Part shown: piece by piece, positions 1-13,500 of the stretch
Layout of the letters: every line of letters starts with the position of its first letter
Position numbering within the stretch: the stretch's first letter is position 1
Source of the DNA: Hemiscyllium ocellatum
Lineage: Eukaryota
Length of the DNA: 64,000 bases
Reading direction: 5' to 3'
NCBI RefSeq assembly: GCF_020745735.1
Contig: NC_083425.1
Coordinates: forward strand, 29,933,575 to 29,997,574
Program-made: the position numbers and the translations under genes
The notes under the pieces: generated by a model
The model's database searches: none
Seen by the model: the letters and a program-made list of their open reading frames with translations, nothing else
Told to the model about the DNA's origin: nothing

Positions 1-409
1 GCAGCATGACATGGTAGGTGATTGAAAACCTTAGTTTCTTCACTCCCCTTTACAGCATTGAATAAGTAACCTTAGAAAAGTGAACCTTCCTTCACAGGTT
101 AGTGATATATGCTATCACTAGACAAAACAAGTGAATAGCAACAAGATTTGGAACTTATTCTTATTTCTACTTCATCAAGCAAAGTAAATCCCTGCATCGT
201 CCAACAGTAAGTTGTAAAGCCAGAGGAATGCTTACCAATATTTGGTCACTGTAGAGTATCAGGATACTGATGGGCCTGAGAAAGGCAACTCAAACTTTTG
301 CTCAAAATTAAAGCTACAGCTTAAACTTAGTGCATAGCCCATCTTATTTGGTCAATAAAGCATTTTTTTTAAACCAAAACAAAAAAAAGGGGAGACAATA
401 GTGAACATC

Positions 410-826
410 CACACATGCCTGGATATTAGCAGCTCCAAAAAAAAACACTAGCTTGACATCATCTAGGACAAAGCAGCCTGCTTGATTGACACTAGATCCA
501 CAACTGTCCACTCCCTCCACCACCATTCAGTAGCAGTGTATACTACCTACAAAAGAGATGCATTGCACAAAATTCAAAAAGATCCTCAATAGCACCTTCC
601 ACTTCCATCTAGAAGGAAGAGAGCAGCAGACATGGGAATAACACCTCCTGCAAGATCCCCTTGAAGCCACTCACCACTGTCTTGAAAATATCATTGTGCC
701 CCAGTGATCATGTAGAAACAATCACCTTCAGGAAGTTCAAGCTGGCAATTCACTACCCTCAAGGGCAACAAGGGACAGGCAATAGATACTGACCAGTGAC
801 ATCCACATCCCAGATGTGAATGAAGA
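410..826 (+). mobile_element. Old LINE 3' fragment (same family as 19700-21400)
   Basis: Reverse-complement similarity to 19700-20120. Confidence 0.65.
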
Positions 827-3800
827 TAAAAATCACTGCTTGTGCCAAAAGCCAATCGTTTGCACATTCCATCCTCCTTTGAACATACACTGCCCAAGTA
901 ATGATCTTTGAAAGCAAAGCTCAAAAGCAAACTTGAAAAAAAAGGCTCCATTCCCTTTCATAGACATTTTGTTCTTCAGACTTAGTTTATCAAACAGAGC
1001 ACAGTCTCCATTTTTCCATTCGATAGCTAAACAAATGGAGTCTTCATGGTTTTGTTTACAATAGACATTCAACAAGCTGTGGAAGACATTAAAAATGCCC
1101 TTGCAAGTGCAGGTAAGAAATTTTGTGGTCTAAGTTATATTTTCTTTAAAAATGCACTAATCAATAGGTGGCCAGGAGACAGGCTGGCTCTAAGTGGGAA
1201 AAGTTTCACCCTGTTGCAATGCAACAATTTACCTTTTAGGCCTGTGAAAGAATAGATTTATATTGCAGTCCACCAACTTCAAGAATTTTTAGTTTGTCAG
1301 TGAAAAAAATGCTCTGCCTCATCTAATTGGAATGTTGATTCACAGCTGAAGGTCAGAAATAAGTTCTTTTACAGGAGTTCAGAATGCAGCCTGTGGTAAA
1401 CGCATTATCCTAATTAAATCAGACATTTTAACATTAGACTGGTGGGTAGGTTGGGTTCAGTAGAGAAGTCAGATAATAACTGCCAGAGAAATTCTATTTT
1501 CAATTGTAAAAAATGCTGAGTTAAACAGGTAAACCAATAGAACATGGTTTTTGCAATTCCAACTAAGAAATCACCTCCCAAACTAAGTTTGGGGAGAGAC
1601 TGAATTTCCTTGAAATGTTGCAAATTTGCATTGTGTGCTTCTCTAATGTTTGAGGGACAACATTTTTCTTTGGGGCACACCTTCCCAAAGTTGGGGGTAA
1701 GGATCCAAAGTGGGTTCAAGGAGCTGAATATTTTGAACAAGGCAGCATTGAGGGGAATAGAACAGTGATCAATGTAGCTGTCATAGCTTTACTCCCACTC
1801 CAACAGGCGTAGTTCTTAAGATCAAAGGACAGTCACATTGACATTCTCTCCCTCAAAAAAAAGGTGCTAAAAAGGCGTGTGACTGTGCAAGTAAAATTCC
1901 TAAGTGACAAAACATGCTACAAAATAAAGTTTTCAGACAGAATCAGGCTCTGCCTGGAACATGACCAATTCAAGCACCTTTTATTCTTCCAGAGCACATG
2001 GTTTGTTAAAAATAAAAAAAAAAGTCAGGAGCTTTGCCAAATTAGTTGCATCACAATCTGCCTTGCATTAGCCAGAGATTGTTCAGGAAATGCACTAGAT
2101 CATCTCACAAGATGGGACAACTTGGTTGGGATTTATATTTTGTTCAGACATAAATGTTCTGCCTGTGACAGTTACTGGTTAGAACAAAAATGTTATGCAA
2201 TTATTTAGCCTTATACTGTGTTGTTTGGTTACTATAGCAAAAGCGTAGACACTAGACCCAGGGAGCAACATTTGGTCCCTCAAGGCTGCCGTATCATTTA
2301 GCCAAATATGCTGCTCTATCCCAGGTTTCAACTCCCCTGATACAGCTCAGCACATCCCTCAACTTTAAAATATACTGTTACTAATACTTCCAATGATACA
2401 GCCTCCACAACAGAATTCAGCACATTCACACTTCTGGGAAAATAAATTCCTTCACATCTCTTAAAAGGAGTTCTCTTATTCCACAAGGACATCTCCAATT
2501 CAAGACTCTCCCACTAGTGAAAGTAGTTTCTCTCTCCTCTCAAGCACTCAAACTCCTGTTTCAATAAAATCTCACGTTTTAAAAGGCGTAACTGGATTCG
2601 TGGTTCTTGAATAGTCATCCCCTTCCATTCCAGGATTCAGCCTCCAATGCAGGTACATTTGTTTTCTACCAAGGGTACTAAAACTGTACACACTACCTCC
2701 GAGTGTAGCCATCAACACCTACATTGTTGTAACGAAGTGTCAGTTTTTCTAAACTGACCCCATAACAATGATGGCCAACATTATGTTTTCCTCAATTACT
2801 TGCTGCTCCTGCCTTGTTCTTCATGTACACCCAGACTTGTCCCCATTGCAGGAGTGTTTCACTTCATCTGCCTTTTTCACTCTCCCTACTCAACTGCATG
2901 ACCTTTCCTTTTAGCAATTTAGTCCACAACCTGTATCTTGTCTTTCCAACTTGGAAGATTAAAATGACTGATTTATCTAGTCCTTGATGTTAATACATTA
3001 CCTCAATACAGTACTTTCATTCTGTGCATTCAAGATTGTGACAGCTTTTACTAGAATTTTCAGAGAGCATGCAACATCTACTGGTTTTCATTTACAATTT
3101 TGCTCAATACATTGAATTGTAAAAAAAAGTCAACCATTATTTCCCTTTCACAAAAAAGGTGTTGTTAAAACCATTTTATATGAAGGCATTTGTGAATGAC
3201 CTGCTATTTCTTCCTGAGACCAACATTTTGCCCCAATGCAATGCTAAGTTAGCTGGCCTACATCATTCCGAGCTTTTCCATTTCCCTCTGCTCGAAAGGA
3301 GCATCATGTTTGTCACTTCCAAAAAGTTAGTCAAATACTATTTCATTCAAAACCAAGTTAAACTTGAACAAGAAACCAATTCCACACCTATAATCTTCAG
3401 AGCTAGTTTTTTTATTAAAATAAAAAGCTCTTGGTTAACTCAAATTCATGACTGTAGACTAAGACATGCCCTCTTCCCAACACCCCTTCAAAACCACAGA
3501 ATTTAACAGTACCTAGATTCAGTAGAGTAGCTAACCAGATACTGGAGGCTGCATGTTGATAGTGGGCGATCACAAGGATGACATTTCCATTTGAGACAGC
3601 CAGTAGCCTTATTTTCAGCAGCTAACTAAAAAGAAGTTAGCTTATACTTAACCCATTAGTCATGATCACCAGTTTCAACTGATCCAGAATTCAGCATCTG
3701 GAATCTTAAGTTGGCAAAGAAAAAAAAAGGGTTGCTTTATTAAAACTTGAAATCTATTGTCAAGACTTCAATTTCTCACAAAAACCAAGCTTGACACAAA

Positions 3801-5185
3801 TTGGTTCAAATTTTGAAGTGTTTAGAATCAGCTAAACCAACTTTCTAGAAGCAATTCAACAGCCCAAAGGTAAAAAGAATTACAATGTAATGAAACATGA
3901 ACCTCTTTCAGAATACATTCCAAAATAACACAAGATTATTGAAAATCTCCAAAAGGGGAAGTGTCGAGAGCTAGAAATAAATGTCTCATACTTTGGATCA
4001 GTCACAACCAGTAATATTTAAAAGCACTGAAATCATTAGCATGTGACTCAGCCTTCTGCGTCAGGCAGCAGGGCCAGAGTCAGAGTCATTTTTAATCAGT
4101 TAGTTCTGTACACGTCATCTCTAAACAAAGATTAGATTGTAAAGCATTTTCGGGAGACTAGCTGTTTTCTTCTTCAAACTCCAGGTGGCTGAACAAACTT
4201 AGCTATCCAGTAGCCACCAATTCTCATGCCGGATCAAGCTCAAAACAATTAGAAGTTGTGGTAGAAGTGATTTACAAGTATTTCCCCACTTTAAAAAAAA
4301 TTGTTTTAAATGATTAGTTTTGTTAACCAAAACTAGCTCCCATTCAGAATGCTTTCACCATCTTACAAAAGTAGCCAACAGTACATTTCAGGAAATAAAT
4401 GTGTTACCTTATTAGTTTTGGATATGAAGCTATAGTTTCACTTTTAAAAAGGCATCTTGATCCATGTTAGTGTAAAACTGGAAGGAATAGAACTGGTGGA
4501 CAATAGTAGGACCACTAAAAAAGGCATCTTATCCACCTTGAGGAAATAAAGGCCGAATCCAGCAGATCAAACTGATCCTAAGAAAAAAGTGGTCCAACTG
4601 ATTTGAAAGCAGGCCAGAGTATCATTATTGTAAAGATCAAAGAGTCTAAAGTTGATGACATTTTTGAGGCTACAAATCCATTTCCAGTGGAAGGGACCTT
4701 CATTTTATGGAGAGCTGTCAATCAAATCCTATGGCAATTGGTCAAAGGCTCACATGGTTTCACTGGGATGCCAGCGATGGAGAAGCATGCAGGCCACTCA
4801 AACATTGATTATTTGCTTCCACTGGCAGGAAGCAAAGATGCAATTCAACAGGTCCCAGAACAATCTCTTAATGGCTCTATAAACCATTGGCCCTGATAAA
4901 GGTTAGTCAAATTTCTCTCATGCAGGCACTAGGAATGATATGGAAATCTGCTTCATTTGCCTTGCCAACAAGAGGCAGCTGATAAATTCCAGTCGTCTAA
5001 AGGGAGACCCATATATCAGTGGTCTGCCAGATTCAGCACTGCTCACAAGGGTGCGAGTACAAGCCAGTTCTCTAGTCTTAACATCCTCAGCCCTTAATAA
5101 GGCGGTCAGCTCAAGAACTGATGCCAGTTACACCAAATACCAGTAGTTGTGATAGATAGGGTGAAGCTAGGACAGCTATCATGAA

Positions 5186-5970
5186 TCAATTTGTCTTGTC
5201 CTCCTTACCATCCCCAATTATGTTTGATTGATCATCGACTAGGAGATTCCCTGAGCTCATGAGATTGCGGGTAATCTGGGAGATGATAGTTTGGTGATGA
5301 GAGGGGACTTGGTGGTCGAGGGGGCATAGGTGGTGATTCTGAGTTGGCATCTGGCTGGTGCCCCAAAGCACCACCCCTCCTTATCTGCTGGTTTGATGGA
5401 GAGGTTGGGGTTGGAACATGGAATGGAGGGCTGCACATTGCAAGGGTGAGAGGTTGGAGTGGGAGAGAGGGGTGGACAAGTTGAGGCAGTTAATGTCACA
5501 GCAGCAATTGGAGATGGAGATAAAGGGCAGCTAACAGACCGGCATGTCCAAGCGGATGGAGTGTGTTGAAGGGATACAAAGGGGTCCTCAGAGGATGGGT
5601 GGGAGCCCTGTTAGAAAAAAGCAAGCATGGAGGCAGAGGTGACAGAAGCAAAAAAATTTGATGTCACAACACTGCATTTGTTGATCTGGGAGCCTAGTGG
5701 GATGAAGGGGAGGCCTTTGCTGATGACTGGTTGCTCATCCTCACAGGGCTGGGTGGAGAAGATAGGAAAAGCATGGTAGGCGTGGCCAACTCATGGACAT
5801 CTCCTCCTACTTGACCCTCAATTACAACCTCCCCTCCCATCAGCAAACAAAACATCTCCCAGACCATCCACAACCACCTCAGGGGAGACCCAATCCAGAG
5901 CCTCCAACCTCAGTTCAATAGCTCCCAGTTCACCTCTTACCCAAAATTCACAAAAAAAGCCTGACTGTCC
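5186..5970. mobile_element. Degraded PLE RT-region fragments (minus about 5186-5790, plus about 5790-5970)
   Basis: Translates to TLTASTCPPLSPTPTSHP and LSIKPADKEG, homologous to the start of the 9455 element; the plus part carries LLPKIHK-like sequence. Confidence 0.75.
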
Positions 5971-6480
5971 CAGTTGACACGAACCCTTTTGCTATAAATT
6001 CTGCATCGTATGGTCGCCACACCTCAAAAGCTCATGCTTCCAAATAAACCTGTTGGACTATAACCTGGTGGTGTTGTGTTATTTTAAAATGTTGTCCAGC
6101 CCAACACCAGCACCTCCAAATCATGGTTTTGGATCGACACTGAAGTAAAGAGCTAGCCTGCTTCAGAGGAAGCTCCATTTTGAACTCTATTTCAATTAAA
6201 AGACCCTCACAGCATTGCAGAAAAATATTTCTGCAGGACACTGGTTTATTGATCAAATATGCAAGTCTTGCCAAATACAACCTTCAACAGATTGACAGCT
6301 GTCTGGAATGAACACCAGCAAGTCTACATAATAAACATCGGCATACCAAATGACCTACACATTTCTATGCATTAAAGACTTGCAAGATCTAAACACAATC
6401 CAAGTGTTTGGACAACTACTTCCATTGCCTTTGGCAGCTGCTGAACATCAAGTAATAGGACAGTACAACAGACAGGCACT

Positions 6481-8135
6481 CAGTCACAGTCAGATGTACA
6501 GCACGGAAACAGACTCTTTGGTCCAACGCGTCTAGATATTCCAACCCAATCTAGTCCCACCTGCCAGCACCCAGCCCATATCCCTCCAAACCCTTCCTAT
6601 TCATATACCCATCCAGATGCCTTTTAAATGTTGCAATTGTACCAGCCTCCACCATTTCCTCTGGCAGCTCATTCCATACACCTATCATCCTCTGCATGAA
6701 AAAGTTGCTCCTTAGGTCTCTTTTGTATCTTTCCCCTCTCACCCTAAAGTTCTGGACTCCCCCACCCCAGAGAAAAGACTTTGTCTATTTACCCTATCCA
6801 TGCCCTTCAATTTTGTACACCTCTATAAGGTCACCCCTCAGTCTCCGACGCTCCAGGGAAAACAGCCCCAGCCTGTTCAGCCTCTCCCTATAGCTCAAAT
6901 TCTCCAACCCTGGCAACATCCTTGTAAATCTTTTCTTAACCCTTTCAAGTTTCACAACATCTTCCCGATAGGGAGGAGACCAGAATTGCACACAATATTC
7001 CAACAGTGGCCTAACCAATGTCCTGTACAGCCGCAACAGGACCTCCCAACTCCTGTACTCAATACTCTGATCAATGAAGGAAAGCATACCAGATGCCTTC
7101 TTCACTATCCTATCTATCTCGAACGCCACTTTCAAGGAGCTATGAACCTGCACTCCAAGGTCTCTTTGTTCAGAAACACTTCCTAGGACCTTCCCATTAA
7201 GTGTATAAATCCTGCTAAGATTTGCTTTCCCAAAATGCAGCACCTCACATTTCCCCGATTTAAACTCCATCTGCCACTTCCCAGCCCATTGGCCCCATCT
7301 GATCAAGATCCTGTTGTAATCTGAGGTAAACTTCTTTGCTGTCCACTCCACCTCCAATTTGTGTCATCTGCAAACTTACTAACTGTACCTCTTATGCTCG
7401 CATCCAAATCATTTACGTAAATGACAAAAAGTAGAGGGCCCAGCACCGATCCTTGTGGCACTCCACTGGTCACAGGCCTCCAGACTGGAAAAAAAAAACC
7501 TTCACCACCACCCTGTCTTCTACTTTTGAGCTAGTTCTGTATCCAAACAGCTAGTTCTCCCTGTATTCCATGAGATCTAACCTTGTTAATCAGTCTCCCA
7601 TGGGGAACCTTGTCAAATGCCTTATTGAAGTCCACATAGATCACATCTACTGCTCTGCTCTCAATCCTCTGTTACTTCAAAAAAAAACTCAATCAAGTTG
7701 AGAGACAGGATTTCCCCACGCACAAATCCATGTTGACTATCCCAAATCAGTCCTTGCCTTTCCCAATACATGCAAATCCTATCCCTCAGGATTCCCTCCA
7801 ACAACTTGCCCACCACTGGGGTCAGGGTCACTGGTTTATAGTTCCCTGGCTTGTCTTTACCACCTTTCTTAAACAGTGGCACATTTCCCAACCTCCAGTC
7901 TGCTGGTACATCACTTATGACTATCGCAGAGATATTTGTATTATCAAGAGGCCCAGCAATCACTTCTCTAGCTTCCCACAGCAGCATTCTCAGGTACACC
8001 TGATCAGATCCTGGGGATTTATCCACCTTTTACCATTTCAAGACATCCAGCACTTCCTCCTCTCATCTGGAGATTTTGCAAGATGTCACCATCTATTTCC
8101 CTACAGTCTACATCTTCCATATGTCCTTTTCCACT
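6481..8135 (-). mobile_element. CR1-clade LINE 3' fragment (HER1-like)
   Basis: KSPGSDQVY, NYKPVTLT..VGKLLE, QHGF, WQMEF..GKCEVLHFG, LYRTLVRPLLEYCVQFWSP, LERRRLRGDLIEVYKI, plus the 3' tail. Confidence 0.92.
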
Positions 8136-8910
8136 CCATGGAGTTGTAATAAGATATTAAACTTTAGTTTTAGTTGTTGAACATATAGCTACAATGCCAT
8201 GACACTAACACCTTCGCTACAAATTCTGCAACCACCTGATGAAGAGGCCACACCTCAAAAGCTGGTGCTTCACTTAAACTTGGTGGGTTTTTTAGTACAA
8301 TACAACATGATGACTGGTTCTGGATTCAAACAGTTCAGACCTGGCAATAATCCACTAACAGGAAATCATATGGCATCTTCTTGAAGACTTTAATCTTAGC
8401 AGTTGCCTCTGATTTGAGGGGTTTCCTGTTCATACAATGTCACTTATTCTTGATGCTTCAGAGCATGGTGATGAATAAACAGTGTTGTCAGTATGCAGGT
8501 TCTCTTTCCTGACTAAGCCAGATTCTTTTTGGACATGTGAACATTCTTTTATGCAACTGTCGAACCTTTCTGGTGGATTTAAAGGCAGCTGCATTTCTTA
8601 AATTTTCAACAGCTGCTATCTTTGCCCCATCAGTCTGTCAGATAAGCTTGGTCAACAAAATTCCTGATAATCTATCATTTTGGCTCACTTCTAAAACCTC
8701 CAGAGATTGACTGACTGCAAATCCTGGTTCAAGTTGCAGGTTTCTACTGCAGGCATTAGACAAGAGTTTGATTGTACTTGTTATTTCTAACTTTTTGAAA
8801 AAGTAAACATTTTGCTTATGAAGGTCTTGTGGTTCCATCTATTTTTCTTACCTTTGAGTTTTCTATTTTTTTTCCATGCTGTGATCAGTACTATGTAGAC
8901 TGGGCCCTGA

Positions 8911-9265
8911 AGGGTAAAAATGTGTGGTGCTAGAAAATCACAGCCGGTCAGGCAGCATACGAGGAGCAAGAGAATCCACACTTCCAGCATAAGCTCTTCC
9001 CCAGGAATGTTTAAGAGGTGAGGGGGGGAGATGCAGTGGTGCTCAAGGGGCTGAGGTAAGTTAGGGGAATGGGGTTGGTGAAGTTGGCTGGGAATGCAAT
9101 AGGTAGATGAAGGTTGGGGGGGGGGGGGGGGGGGGGTGATCGTGATAGGGCTGAGTGGGTAAGTGGGAAGGAAGACTAACAAGGAGGTCAGATCAAGAGG
9201 ACAGTGCAGAGTTGGACAGTTGGACTTCAGATGAGGTCAGGGAAAGGGAGATGAGAAAAAAAAAG
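8911..9265 (-). mobile_element. PLE 3' end/pLTR fragment, degenerate
   Basis: Reverse-complement similarity to 11300-11600; includes a 21-G run. Confidence 0.7.
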
Positions 9266-9454
9266 TAGTGGACTGATCCTTGTGGCATTCCATTGGTCAC
9301 AGGCATCCAGTCTAAAAAAAACAACCTTCCACCTTTGAGACAGTTCTGTATCCAAATGGCTAGTTCTCCCTTTATTCCATGAGATCTAACCTTGCTAATC
9401 AGTCTCCCATGGGAAACCTTGTCGAATGCCTTACTGAAGTGCATACAGATCACA

Positions 9455-11602
9455 CATTAACCGACTCAACCTGTCCACCCCTCTCACCCACTCCAACCTC
9501 TCACCCTCAGAATGTGCAGCCCTCCACTCCAATCCCAACCTCACCATCAAACCAGCAGACAAGGGAGGCGCGGTCGTAGTTTGGCGCACCGACCTTTATA
9601 CCGCTGAGGCCAAACGCCAGCTCGCGGACGCCTCCTCTTATCGTCCCCTTGACCACGACCCCACCTCCCACCACCAAACCATCATCTCCCAGACCATCCA
9701 TAACCTCATCACCTCAGGGGATCTCCCATCCACCGCCTCCAACCTCAGTCCCACAACCCCACACCACCCGTTTCTACCTCCTGCCCAAAATCCACAAACC
9801 TGACTGCCCCGGCCGACCCATTGTCTCAGCCTGCTCCTGCCCCACCGAACTCATCTCCGCATACCTCGACATGGTTCTGTCCCCTTTAGTCCAAGAACTC
9901 CCCACCTATGTTCGGGACACCACCGACGCCCTCCACCTCCTCCAGGATTTGCGCTTCCCCGGTCCCCAACACCTTATTTTCACGATGGACATCCAGTCCC
10001 TGTACACCTCCATCCCCCATCACGAAGGACTCAAAGCCCTCCGCTTCTTCCCTTCCCACTGTACCATTCAGTACCCTTCCACTGACACCCTCCTTCAACT
10101 GACTGAACTGGTCCTCACCCTGAATAACTTCTCTTTTCAATCCTCCCACTTCCTCCAAACTAAGGAGCTGCCATGGGCACCCGCATGGGCCCCAGCTATG
10201 CCTGTCTCTCCGTAGGATATGTGGAACAGTCCATCTTCCGCAACTACACTGGCACCACCCCCCACCTTTTCCTCCGCTACATCGATGACTGTATCGGCGC
10301 TGCCTCGTGCTCCCACGAGGAGCTTGAACAGTTCATCCACTCTACTAACACCTTCCATCCCGACCTCAAATTCACCTGGACTGTCTCAGACTCCTCCCTC
10401 CCCTTCCTAGACCTTTCCATTTCTATCTCGGGCGACCGACTCAACACAGACATCTACTATAAACCGACTGACTCCAACAGCTACCTGGACTACACCACCT
10501 CCCACCCTGCCCCCTGTAAGAACTCCATCCCATATTCCCAATTCCTTCGTCTCTGCCGCATCTGCTCCCAGGAGGACCAGTTCCAACACCGCACAGCCCA
10601 GATGGCCTCCTTCAAGGACCGCAGATTCCCCCCAGACGTGATCGACGATGCCCTCCACCGCATCTCCTCCACTTCCCGCTCCTCCGCCCTTGAGCCCCGC
10701 TCCTCCAACCGCCACCAAGACAGAACCCCACTGGTTCTCACCTACCACCCCACCAACCTCTGTATACAACGTATCATCCGCCGACATTTCCGCCACCTCC
10801 AAACGGACCCCACCACCAGGGATATATTTCCCTCCCCTATCAGCGTTCCGCAAAGACCACTCCCTTCGTGACTCCCTCGTCAGGTCCACACCCCCCACCA
10901 ACCCAACCTCCACTCCCGGCACCTTCCCCTGCAACCGCAGGAAATGAAAAACTTGCGCCCACACCTCCTTCCTCACTTGCCTCCAAGGCCCCAAGGGATC
11001 CTTCCATATCCGCCACAAGTTCACCTGTACCTCCACACACCACATCTATTGCATCCGCTGCACCCGATGTGGCCTCCTCTATATTGGAGAGACGGGCCGC
11101 TTACTTGCAGAACGCTTCAGCGAACACCGCTGGGACGCCCGGACCAACCAACCCGTGGCTCAACACTGAGGACATGCAGGTCCTTGGACTCCTCCATCGC
11201 CAGAACATAACACGACGGCTGGAGGACGAGCGCCTCATCTTGCGCCTGGGAACTCTCCAGCCACAAGGAATGAACTCAGATTTCCCCAGTTTCCTCATTT
11301 CCCCTCCCCCCACCTTGTCTCAGTCGGTTCCCTCAACTCAGCACCGCCCTCCTAACCTGCAATCTTCTTCCTGACCTCTCCGCCCCCACCCCACTCCAGC
11401 CTATCACCCTCACCTTGACCTCCTTCCACCTATCACATCTCCATCGCCCCTCCCCAAGTCCCTCCTCCCTATCTTTTATCTTAGCCTGCTTGGCACACTC
11501 TCCTCATTCCTGATGAAGGGCTTATGCCCGAAACGTCAAATTTCCTATTCCTTGGATGCTGCCTAACCTGCTGTGCTTTAACCAGCAACACATTTTCAGC
11601 TG
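9455..11602 (+). mobile_element. 5'-truncated Penelope-like element (Neptune-like): RT + Cys motif + GIY-YIG + pLTR with hammerhead motif; frameshifted
   Basis: RT motifs FYLLPKIHK..PGRPIVS, FTMDIQSLYTSIPH, GTRMGPSYA, LRYIDDC; GIY-YIG HIYCIRCTRCGLLYIGETGR. The ORF is split over several frames with an in-frame stop. CpGs are largely retained, so it is relatively young. Confidence 0.92.
11507..11541 (+). ncRNA. Hammerhead motif in the pLTR of the PLE
   Basis: ATTC-CTGATGA-A-GGGC-TTAT-GCCC-GAAACGTC-AAAT; one stem I mismatch, consistent with CpG decay. Confidence 0.6.
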
Positions 11603-13289
11603 ACATCTACTACTCTGCCCTAAATCTGCGTTTTTTTTGAAGTAACAAAGCAGTCATGATTTCCCACACACAAGGCCATTTGACTATCCCAAACCAGTCC
11701 TTGCCTTTCCAAATACATGTACATCCTGTCCCTCAGGATTCCCTCCAACAACTTGCCCACCGCTGAGGTCAGGCTCACTGGTCTATAGTTCCCTGGCTTG
11801 TCTTTACCGCCCCACCACCTTTGCTAACCTCCAGTCTTCCCGCACCTCACCTGTGACCATTGAAGATAAAAATCTCAGCAAGAGGCCCAGCAATCACTTC
11901 TCTAGCTTCCCACAGAGTTCTTGGGTACACCTGATCAGGTCCTGGGGATTTATCCATTTAACATGTCTCCAGACATCCAGCACTTCCTCCTCTAATTTGG
12001 AGATTTTGCAAGAAGTCACCATTTATTTCCCTACAGATTATATCTTCCATTTCCTTCTCCACAGTAAATACTGATGCAAAATATTCATTTAGTATCTCTC
12101 CCATTTTCTGTGGCTCCACACAAAGGCCGCCTTGCTGATCTTTAAGGGGCCATATTCTCTCCCTAGTTACCCTTTAGTCCTTGATATATTTGTAAAAACC
12201 CTTTGGATTCTCCTTAATTCTATTTGCCAAAGCTATCTCATGTCCCCATTTGCCCTCCTGATTTCCCTCTTAAGTATACTCCTACTTTCTTTATATTCTA
12301 AGGATTCACAATCTATCCTGTCTGTACCTAACATATGCTTCCTCCTTTTTCTTAAAAACCCTCAATTTCTTTGGTCATCCAGCATTCCCTCTACCTACCA
12401 GTCTTCCCTTTCACCCTTCCTGAGAAAATATATTCCTGTCAGGGTGAAAGGGAAGGCTGGTTGGTATAGGGAATGCTGGATGGCTAAAGAAATTGAGGAT
12501 TTGGTTAAGAAAAAAAAAGGAAGCATATGTCAGGTATAGAACCAACCAAAGCAAACAGCCACACCATAGAGACAGTTCTAACAGCTGGACTGCTAGTTTT
12601 GCCAGAATTCTGATGAACCTGACTGTGTTAATGGTAGTCAAAAAAGGTCATAAGAAAAATTCTGAAGGCACCACTTAGTTTTGATGTTGTTTCAGTCCAG
12701 GGAAAAGTTTGCCAAGGTTATTGCATTTGGCAGAACCAAAAAACTTTAATGTCCAAGACAGCAGGTACAACATGAAGGAGGAAAAATACCAAACCAATAA
12801 CTCAAATGGCATCATATTCTATTTGAAGCAGGAACATCTGGAAGCAGAACAGGCTAGCAGTCACCTTACGTGGCCACTGAACCAACCCCACTGCCTCCCC
12901 TAACCTTAAGCACCCAAAATCAGCTGTTGATTGTTTAGTATAAAGACAACATCAGTTAGCATGGCATTCCACTGGTCCCATTTTAAATAAGGGGTGGGTT
13001 GGTGTGGGCATGGCAGATGCCAGGTGGAAGTCAGGAGGTGGGTTCTCACTTCTTGAGGATTAGTCAATTTGCAAGTGTTTGATCTTCATTACATACAAAG
13101 TCAGCTGCAATTTCATAGATTGCCAGATTTATTGAACAATCCCTCTCCCCACCATTCACATTAGCTTTTAATACTAGTGACCAGAGTGCAGAAATGCTTA
13201 TACAACACCAGCAATTTAGATGCTTAGACACTTATAATTTGAACTTCCAGGTGCCCAATTTACTTTAGTTTTGCAAAACAGTGCAAGAA

Positions 13290-13500
13290 TAGACAGTCAG
13301 ATGTACAGCAAGGACCCTTTAGGTCCAACTCTTCCGTGCTAACCAGATATCTGAACCCAATCTAGATCCATTTGCCAGCATTTGGTCCATATCCTTCCAA
13401 ACCCTTTCTATTCATATACCAAACCAGGTGCTTTTTAAATGCTGCAATTGTACCAGTCTCCACCATTTACTCTGGCAGCTCATTCTATACACAGACTCTA
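13290..13500 (-). mobile_element. CR1 3' tail fragment
   Basis: Similar to 6481-6680; further copies at about 41240-41440 (-) and 52100-52355 (+). Confidence 0.8.

Larger units (their letters stand above)
9270..12540 (-). mobile_element. CR1 fragment interrupted by the PLE (9270-9454 and 11603-12420) with an inverted terminal piece (12441-12540)
   Basis: FSKAFDKVSHGRL motif left of the PLE; the CR1 sequence (agatcac...acatctac) resumes right after it. Confidence 0.8.

Noticed and set aside
4480-5150. Overlapping short ORFs in unique-looking sequence
   Set aside because: No recognisable protein motif in the frames I read and no convincing splice structure; possibly an old transposon.
6794-8026. 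187-aa and 121-aa minus-strand ORFs as host genes
   Set aside because: They are fragments of CR1 ORF2 with frameshifts.
8340-8910. Semi-open minus-strand frame as an MXRA7 exon or retrocopy
   Set aside because: Multiple stops, and no similarity to MXRA7 or any family I recognise.
9116-9136. 21-G run as a functional G-quadruplex
   Set aside because: Lies in the C-rich PLE tail on the opposite strand; homopolymer length is unreliable.
10407-11045. 212-aa minus-strand ORF
   Set aside because: Antisense shadow of the C-rich PLE RT/GIY-YIG coding strand.
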